Shown here piece by piece: positions 53,001 through 62,000 of a stretch of 64,000 nucleotides of DNA. Made by a program: the position numbers and the translations under genes. The DNA is taken from assembly GCA_965203445.1 (NCBI GenBank), contig OZ241883.1, forward strand, positions 608,001 to 672,000, given 5' to 3'. The notes under the pieces were generated by a model. The model was given only the letters and a program-made list of their open reading frames with translations. It was not told the DNA's origin and did not search any database. Every line of letters begins with the position of its first letter. The first letter of the stretch is position 1. Source of the stretch: Candidatus Oxydemutator sp. (lineage in GTDB: Bacteria; Pseudomonadota; Gammaproteobacteria; Poriferisulfidales; Oxydemutatoraceae).

Positions 53001-56000
53001 CCTCATAGATGGTGCCCGTCGCGGTGGTCGGGGTTCGCAACTCGCTCGACGTCTTCGGGGCGTCGTCCGTACCCGGCACCCTCTCGCCGCAGCATCTGCT
53101 CTGGCCGCTGCGCTCGCTGTCGAAGTAACTTGCGCTCAATACGCTGCTTCCCGAGCGCCCGCCCACCAGACCGCCTACCGAACGTGGGCCTGCGCTTGTC
53201 AGCACCCTACCCACCGAGTAACTCGCGCTCACCACCCCGGAACCAAGCATACGGCCCACCAATCCACCCAATGATCGCTCCGTCGCAGCCACCGACACGT
53301 CCGCGTAACTCGCTATCAACGTGCCGCCGTTGGCTCCCACCAGGCCCCCTACCTCCCAACCACCGCGCACTGAACCGCCCGACACGTAACTCGCCGCCAC
53401 TCGCCCGTAGCTATAACCTACCAAGGCCGCCGTTCCGGTGCTGCCGCCGTAGCCTCCCTGCACCTCCACCTCCACGTCCCGCAGACCCACGTTGCGCACC
53501 CAGCCGGCCTCGCCCAGCGCGCCGAACAAGCCGACAAAATGCCAATTCCGCGACGGGCTGCGGATACGCACGTTCCTTATCACGTGGCCGTTGCCGTCGA
53601 AAATCGCCCGGTAGCGGATACCCACGGGCGGAACGTTGCCCGGCTGCACGGCACGGGCACCGCCGCCTAGCGGCGTCCAGTCCACGCCGGAAAGGTCCAG
53701 GTCGTTTGACAACTCGTAGCCGGTGCACGTGCTGGGACAGGTCTGCAGCGCGCCGAAAACGGGAAACGCCGCAAAATAATCGGATTTGTTAGTCTTGCCC
53801 ACGCCCGCTATCCCGGCACCGCCCAGGTCGTGGCGTATCGCCGCCAACTGCGACGTCGTCGCCACCTCTATCAAGGAGTCGTTGTCGTCGTCGTAGTCTA
53901 TTCCGTCGCTGAACTCGATGGTGGTCATCACGGCAGCCGGCACGCCTACACTCACGCGCGCGGGCGCCCCCGTGAGCCGCGCGCCCGTCAACGCGATCAT
54001 CAGGACCTCGGACAACTCGGGGGCGTCGTCATCGCGCACCTTCACTGAAAACGACGCGCTGACGGTGCCGGACTCGATGACCACGCTGCCCGTGGTCGCG
54101 CCGACAAAGTCGTCGCCGTCGACTTCGTCGCCACCCACCGACCAATTCCAACTCGCGCTCACCCCCGCCGGCAAGACCAGCGGCAAACTCACCACGTAAC
54201 TTGCGGTGCCACCTTCCGGCACCGTCGCGCTGCCGGTGAGCGTCGGCGCAAGACTCACCTGCGGTTGCGCCTGCCGCTGCGACGTGCGGCGCATCGCCAT
54301 AGTCTCGGTAGCACCGCCGAACACCAGCACCGGGTAATCGAACACGCTGCCGAAATCCCACGGCGCGTCGTCGTTGTAGTCGCCGTCGTCTCCCTGATCC
54401 ACGTCGTCCACGTTCAGCTTGTCCCAACCCGCGTAGATGGTGCCCGTCGCCGTGATCGGGACGCGCAACTCGTTCGACGTCTTCGAGGTGTTGTCCGGAC
54501 TCGGCGGATACGTTCCGCAGCATCTGCTCTGGCCGCTGCGTTCTCTGTCAAAATAACTGGACTCCACCACCGCGGTGTTATCGCTATGCTGCCCTATCAA
54601 GCCGGCGACCGTGCGCCACCCCGCCGTTCTCCCGACGGAGTAGCTGGCGCTCACCACCGACGCGGCACCGCCCAGGCCCACCAGGCCGCCCCCTGCACTT
54701 CGAGGTGCAAACACTTCCACGTCGGCGTAACTCGCTACCACCCTACCGAAATTACCCCCTATCAAGCCGCCTATCTCATGTACGCCGTCTATGAGACCGC
54801 CAATGACGTAACTCGCCGCCACTTTGCCCTCGTTGCGGCCCACCAGCGCACCGGTATAAACGCTTTCCAAGCCTAAGAATATCCGCGCGTCCCGCAAGCC
54901 CACGTTGCGGATCCTGCCACCGGCGCCGACGGCGCCGAACAAACCCACGTTATACCACCGCTGCCCAGGCCTGTTCACCCGCAGATTGCTGACGACGTGA
55001 CCGTTGCCTTCAAAAACAGCGGTATAAAAATTCCCCGGAAGGGATCCACGCCTGATGCCGCCGCCTATCGGCGTCCAGTCCGGTATGCCGGACAGGTCCA
55101 GGTCGGCCGATAACTCGTAGCCGGTGCACGTGCTAGGACAGGTCTGCTTCTCGTCGAAAAAGGAAAACGCCTCAAAATAATTGGCTCTGTTCGTATCGCT
55201 CACGCCCGCTATCCCGGCACCGCCCAGGTCGTGGCGGATTGCCGCCAACTGCAACGTCGTCCTTACCTCTATCAAGGTATCGCCGTCGGTGTCGTAGTTG
55301 GTGCCGTCGCTTAACTCGATGGCGGTCCTGACGGAAACCGGCACGCCTACGCCCACGCGCGCGGGCGCCCCCGTGAGCCTCGCGCCCGTCAACGATACCA
55401 CCAGAACCTCGGACAACTCGGGCACGGCGTCATCGAACACCCGCACCGAAAACGACGCGCTGACGGCACCGGACTCGATGACCACGCTGCCCGCGGTCGT
55501 GCCGACAAAGTCGGCGGCGTCGACGTCGACGCCGCCCACCGCCCAATTCCAACTCGCGCTCACCCCGGCCGGCAAGACCTCCGGCAAACTCACCACGTAA
55601 CTCGCGGTGCCGCCTTCCGGCACCGTAGCGCTGCCGACGAGCGTCGGCGCAAGAATTACCCCCTGCGCCTGCTGCTGCAACGTGCGACGCGCCTGCCTGG
55701 TGTCGGTAGCGCCGCCGAACACCAGCACCGGGTAATCGAACACGGTGCCGAAATCCCACGGCGCGTCGTCGTTCAAGTCGCCGTCGCGTCCCTGATCCAC
55801 GCGGTCCACGTTCAATTTGTCCCAACCCTCGTAGATGGTGCCCGCGGCCGTGGTCGGGACGCGCAACTTGCTCGAGGTCTTCGGGGCGACGTTGTTCAAA
55901 TCACCCGGGTTCGTTCCGCAGCAACCAGCCCGTAGGCTGCGCTCCACGTCAAAATAACTGGACTCCACCACGGCGCCGACTGCCCTTTGCCCTAGCAAGC

Positions 56001-59000
56001 CGCCGACGGTATTCCCCGTCGGTTTTCCGACCGAGTAACTGGCGCTCACCACCGACGGAACAAAGGCCTGGCCTACCAGACCGCCCACGGTACCTCCATC
56101 GGCATGCACTTCCACGTCGGCATAACTCGCCACCAAGCGGCCGTAATGACCCCCTATCAAACCACCCACCCCCCATACGCCGGATATGCGACCGCCACTG
56201 ACGTAACTCGCCGCCACTTCGCCGTCGTTGCGGCCCACCAGCGCTCCTATAAAAGTACTATGATCGCCCACGGACACCCGCGCGTTGCGCAAGCCCACGT
56301 TGCGGATCACGCCGCCGGCGCCGACGGCGCCAAACAAGCCCGCGTGAGACAACCGCCCACCCCTGGCCACCCGCAGATTGCTGACGACGTGGCCGTTGCC
56401 TTCAAAAACAGCGGTGTAATAATTATCCAGAAGGCTGTCCCCTCCCCCGCCCAGCGGCGTCCAGCCCGCGCCCGGGGCCGGGTTCACGCTGGACACATCC
56501 AGGTCGGCCGACAACTCGTAGCCGGTGCACGTGCTCGGACAGGTCTGCTTCGCGTCGAAAAAGGGAAACGCCGCAAAATAAGCGGATTTGTTAGTCTTGC
56601 CCACGCCCGTTATCCCGGCACCGCCCAGGTCATAGCGGATTGCCGCCAACTGCGACGTCGTCTCCACGTCTATCAAGGTGTCGTTGTCGTCGTCGTAGTC
56701 GGTGCCGTCGCTTAACTCGATGGTGGTCCTGACGGAAACCGGCACGCCGAAACTCACGCCACGCGCAGGCGCCCCCGTGAGCCTCGCGCCCGTCAACGTC
56801 ACCATCAGTACCTCGGACAACTCGGGCACGGCATCATCAAGCACCGTCACCGAAAACGACGCGCTGACGGCGCCCGAACCGATGACCACGCTGCCTGCGG
56901 TCGTGCCGACAAAGTCGGCGGCGCCGACGTCGCCGCCCACCGTCCAACTCCAACTCACGGTCACCCCCGTCGGCAGGACCTCCGGCAAGCGCACCACGTA
57001 ACTCGCGACCTCGCCTTCCGACACCGTCGCGCTGCCGGCGAGCGTCGGCGCAAGACTTACCCGCGGCTGCGTCCGCTGCTGCGACGTGCGACGCGCCACC
57101 TGCGTGTCGGTAGCGCCGCCGAACACCAGCACCGGGTAATCAAACACGCTGCCGAAATCCCATGGCGCGTCGTCGTTGTAGTCGCCGTCACGTCCCTGAT
57201 CCACGCGGTCCACGTTCAATTTGTCCCAGCCCTCGTAGATGGTGCCCGCGGCCGTGGTCGGGGCGCGCAACTGGCTCGACGTCTTCGGGGCGAAGTTGTT
57301 CAAATCACCCGGGTTCGTTCCGCAGCAACTGGCCCGTAGGCTGCGCTCCACGTCAAAATAACTGGACTCCACCACGCCGCCGACTCTCCTGTTCCCTATC
57401 AAGCCGCCGACTTTGTCATTCCCCGTCGCTGCCCCGACCGCGTAACTGGCGCTCACCACCGACGCACCACCGGCCTCGCCCACCAGACCGCCCGCGTTGG
57501 CTCCCCCTGCATGCACTTCCACGTCGGCGTAACTCGCCACCAACCTGCCGTAATTACCCCCTATCAAGCCACCCACCGCCCATACGCCGGATATGCGACC
57601 GCCACTGACGTAACTCGCCACCACTTTGCCCTCGTTGCGGCCCACCAGCGCTCCTATATAAGTACTGTGATCACCCAGGGACACCCGCGCGTCGCGCAAG
57701 CCCACGTTGCGGACCGTGCCGACGGCGCTCACGGCGCCGAACAAGCCCGTATGAGACAACCGCCCACCCCTGGCCACCCGCAGATTGCTGATGACGTGGC
57801 CGTTGCCTTCAAAAACAGCGGTGTAATAATTATCCAGAAGGCTGTCCCCTCCCCCGCCTAGCGGCGTCCAGCCCGCGCCCGGGGCCGGTTCCACGCTGGA
57901 CAAATCCAGGTCGGCCGATAACTCGTAGCCGGTGCACGTGCTCGGACAGGTCTGCTTCTCGTCGAAAACGGGAAACGCCGCAAAGTAAGCGAGTCTGTTC
58001 GCCTTGCCCACCACGCCCGTTATCCCGGCACCGCCCAGGTCGTAGCGGATTGCCGCCAACTGCGACGTCGTCGCCACCTCTATCAAGGTATCGTCGTCGT
58101 CGTCGTAGTCGGTGCCGTCGCTTAACTCGATCGTGGTCCTGACGGAAACCGGCACGCCTATACTCACGTGCGCGGGCGCCCCCGTGAGCCTCGCGTCCGT
58201 CAACGTTACCACCAGAACCTCGGACAGCTCGGGCTCGCCGTCAGCGCGCACTATCAACAAAAACGACGCACTGCTCGCGCCGGCTTCGATGACCACGTTG
58301 CCTGCGGTCGTGCCGACAAAGTCGGCGATGTCGACTTCGCCGCCCACCGCCCAGCTCCAACTCGCGCTCACCCCCGTCGGCAAGACCTCCGGCAAGCGCA
58401 CCACGTAACTCGCGGTGCCACCTTCCGACACGGTCGCGCTGCCGGCGAGCGTCGGCGCAAGAATTACCTGCGGCTGCGCCTGCTGCTGCGACGTGCGACG
58501 CGCCGCCTGCGTGTCGGTAGCGCCGCCGAACACCAGCACCGGGTAATCAAACGTGGTGCCGAAATCCCACGGCGCGTCGTCGTTGTAGTCGCCGTCGCGT
58601 CCCTGATCCACGCCGTCCACGTTCAACCGGTCCCAACCCTCGTAGATGGTGCCCGCGGCCGCGGTCGGGGCGCGCAACTGAGCGGAAGTCCTGGGCGCGG
58701 TGTCCGTGGTTGGCCTATTGTTGCCGCAACAATCGGACTGACCGCTGCGCCCTTCGTCAAAGTAGCTTGCCTGTATCGTACCGGAACCATAGCCCCCCAC
58801 CAGACCGCCGGACGGAGACCCTTGCAGGCCGTCGCCGTCCCTGGTCAGCCTCGAGAGCGCGTAGCTGGCGCTGACTATGCCCCCGTTCACAACGACGCCT
58901 ATCAACCCCCCCACGTTTTGCCCCCGCGACCGCTGATGCACCGGCACGTCCGCATAACTGGCAACTACGACACCCCCGTCCAATCTCCCTACCAGACCGC

Positions 59001-62000
59001 CCAAGTCCCAACCACCGCGCACTTGTCTGCCGTCGCCCACCACGTAACACGCCGCCACTTTGCCCGCGTTGTACCCCGCCAACGCGCCCGCCCCTACGCT
59101 TCTGCTGGCCACGTCCGTATGCACGTTGTTCAAACCCACGTTGCGGATCCTGCCTGTGACGCCCACGGCACCAAAAAAGCCCACGCTATCGAAGCGGGCG
59201 GTCGCATTGTTCGTGCTGCGGATCGTTACGTTGCTGATGACGTGGCCGTTGCCTTCAAAAACGGCCTGGTAACGCCGCTCCGGGGGAACGTAGTTCCAGG
59301 GGGCGCGTGTAATCCCCCCGCCTATCGGCGTCCAGTTCGGTACGTCGGACAGATCCAGGTCGGTCGACAACTCGTAGCCGGTGCACGTGCTGGGACAGGT
59401 CTGCCCGTCGCCGAAAAAGGGAAACGCCGCCAGATAAGCGGCCTCGTCGGCACTGCTCACGCCCGCTATCCCGGCACCGCCCAGGTCGTGGCGTATCGCC
59501 GCCAACTGCGACGTCGTCGCCACGTCTATCAAGGTGTCGTTGTCGTCGTCGTAGTCTATCTGGTCGCTCGCCTCGATCGTGGTCCTGACGGAAATCGGCA
59601 CGCCTACACGCGCACGCGCGGGCGCCCCCGTCGGCATCGCGCTGCTCAACGTTACCACCAGGACCTCGGACGGCTCGGGCACGGCGTCATCGAGCACCGT
59701 CACCGAAAACGACGCGCTGACGGCGCCCGACGCGATGACCACGCTGCCCGAGGTCGCGCCGACAAAGTCGTCGTCGCCGACTTCGCCGCCACCCACCTCC
59801 CAATGCCAACGCACGCTCGCCCCCGTCGGCAACGCCTCCGGCAAGCGCACCACGTAACTCGCGACCTCGCCTTCCGACACCGTAACGCTCCCGGTGAGCG
59901 CCGCCGCAAGACTTACCTGCGGTTGCGCCTCTCGCTGCGACGTGCGACGCGCCATCTCCGTCTCGGTAGCACCGCCGAACACCAGCACCGGGTAGTCAAA
60001 AGCGCTGCCGAAATCCCACGGCGCGTCGTCGTTGTAGTCGTCGTCGCCCCCCTGATCCACGCGGTCCACGTTCAACTGGTCCCAACCCTCGTAAATGGTG
60101 CCCGCCGCGGTGGTCGGGACGCGCAACTGGCTCGACGTCTTCGAGGTCTTGTCCGGACTCGGCGGATTCGATCCGCAGCAACCGCTCAGGCCGCTGCGCT
60201 CGGCGTCAAAATAACTGGACTCCACCACGGCGCCGGCAACCCTGTTCCCTATCAAACCGCCGACCGTGCCGCTCCCCGTCGTTGCCCCGACGGAGTAGCT
60301 GGCGCTCACCACCGACGCGGCACGGCCTTCACCGACCAGGCCGCCCACGCTACTTCCATCGGCATGCACTTCCACGTCGGCGTAACTCGCCACCAACCTG
60401 CCGCGATGATCCCCTATCAAGCCGCCGACCCCGGAGGCACCGGATATATGACCGCCAATCACGTAACTCGCCGCCACTGTGCCCTCGTTGCGACCCACCA
60501 GCGCACCTGCATAAGTACTGTCACTACCCAGGGGCCCCACCCGCGCGTTACGCAAACCCACGTTGCGGACGGTACCGTCGGCGCCGACGGCGCCGAACAG
60601 ACCCACGTGATACCGCCGCCCGCCCCCGATCACCCGCAAATTGCTGATGACGTGGCCGTTGCCTTCAAAAACGGCGGTGTAAAAATCCCCCGGAAAGTCT
60701 TCCAGCCTGACCCCCCCGCCTAACGGAGTCCAGTCCGGGATGGCGGACAGATCCAGGTCGGCCGATAACTCGTAGCCGGTGCACGTGCTGGGACAGGTCT
60801 CGTTCTCGCCGAAAAAGGGAAACGCCGCCAGATAAGCCCGATAAGCGGCCTCGTTCGCGCTGCTCACGCCCGCCAACCCGGCACCACCCAGGTCATAGCG
60901 GATCGCCGCCAACTGCGACGTCGTCGCCACCTCTATCAAGGTGTCGTCATCGCGGTCGTAGTCCATCTGGTCGCTCGCCTCGACGGCGGTCCTGACGGAA
61001 ACCGGCACGCCTAAACGCGCACGCGCGGGCGCCCCCGTCGGCATCGCGCTGCTCAACGTTACCACCATGACCTCGGACAACTCAGGGATAGCGTCATCGA
61101 ACACCTCCACCGAAAACGACGCGCTGCTCGCGCCGGAACCGATGACTACGACGCCGGTCGTACCGACAAAGTCGGCGATGCCGGCTTCGCCGCCGCCCAC
61201 GACCCAATCCCAACGCACGCTCGCTCCCGTCGGCAAGGCCTCCGGCAAACTCACCACGTAACTCGCCGCCTCGCCTTCCGACACGGTAACGCTCCCGGTG
61301 AGCGTCGCCGCAAGAATTACCGCCGGCTGCGCCTCCTGCTGCGACGTGCGGCGCATCGCCATAGTCTCGGTAGCGCCGCCGAACACCAGCACCGGATAAT
61401 CAAACACGGTGCCGAAATCCCACGGCGCGTCGTCGTTCAGATCATCGTCGCCCGTCTGATCCACGTCGTCCACGTTCAACTGGTCCCAACCCGCGTAGAT
61501 CGTGCCCGCCGCGGTGGTGGGCGCGCGCAACTGGTTCGACGTCTGCGGGGTGTTGTCCGGACTCGGCACGCTATTTCCGCAGCATCGGCTCTGGCCGCTG
61601 CGCCCCGTGTCAAAATAACTGGACTCCACCACCGCGGCGATGGCCTTGATCCCTATCAAGCCGCTGGGCATGCCCCTCGCTATGTTGTCTGAGGGATCGA
61701 TTCTCCCCGTCGTCGCCCCGACCGAGTAACTGGCGCTCACCACCGACCCGACGATGCTTCCGCCTACCAGACCGCCCCCGGTTGGACCTGATTCTATATA
61801 CACTTCCGCGTCGGCGTAACTCGCCACCACCACACCGAAATTACCCCCCACCAAACCGCCCACCACCTCTTCGCCGGATACGCGACCGCCAATCACGTAA
61901 CTCGCCGCCACCTTGCCCTCGTTGCGGCCCACCAATGCGCCTACCTGATTGCCACCATCACCACCACCACCCAGTACACCCGCGGCCAGCTCCACCCGCG

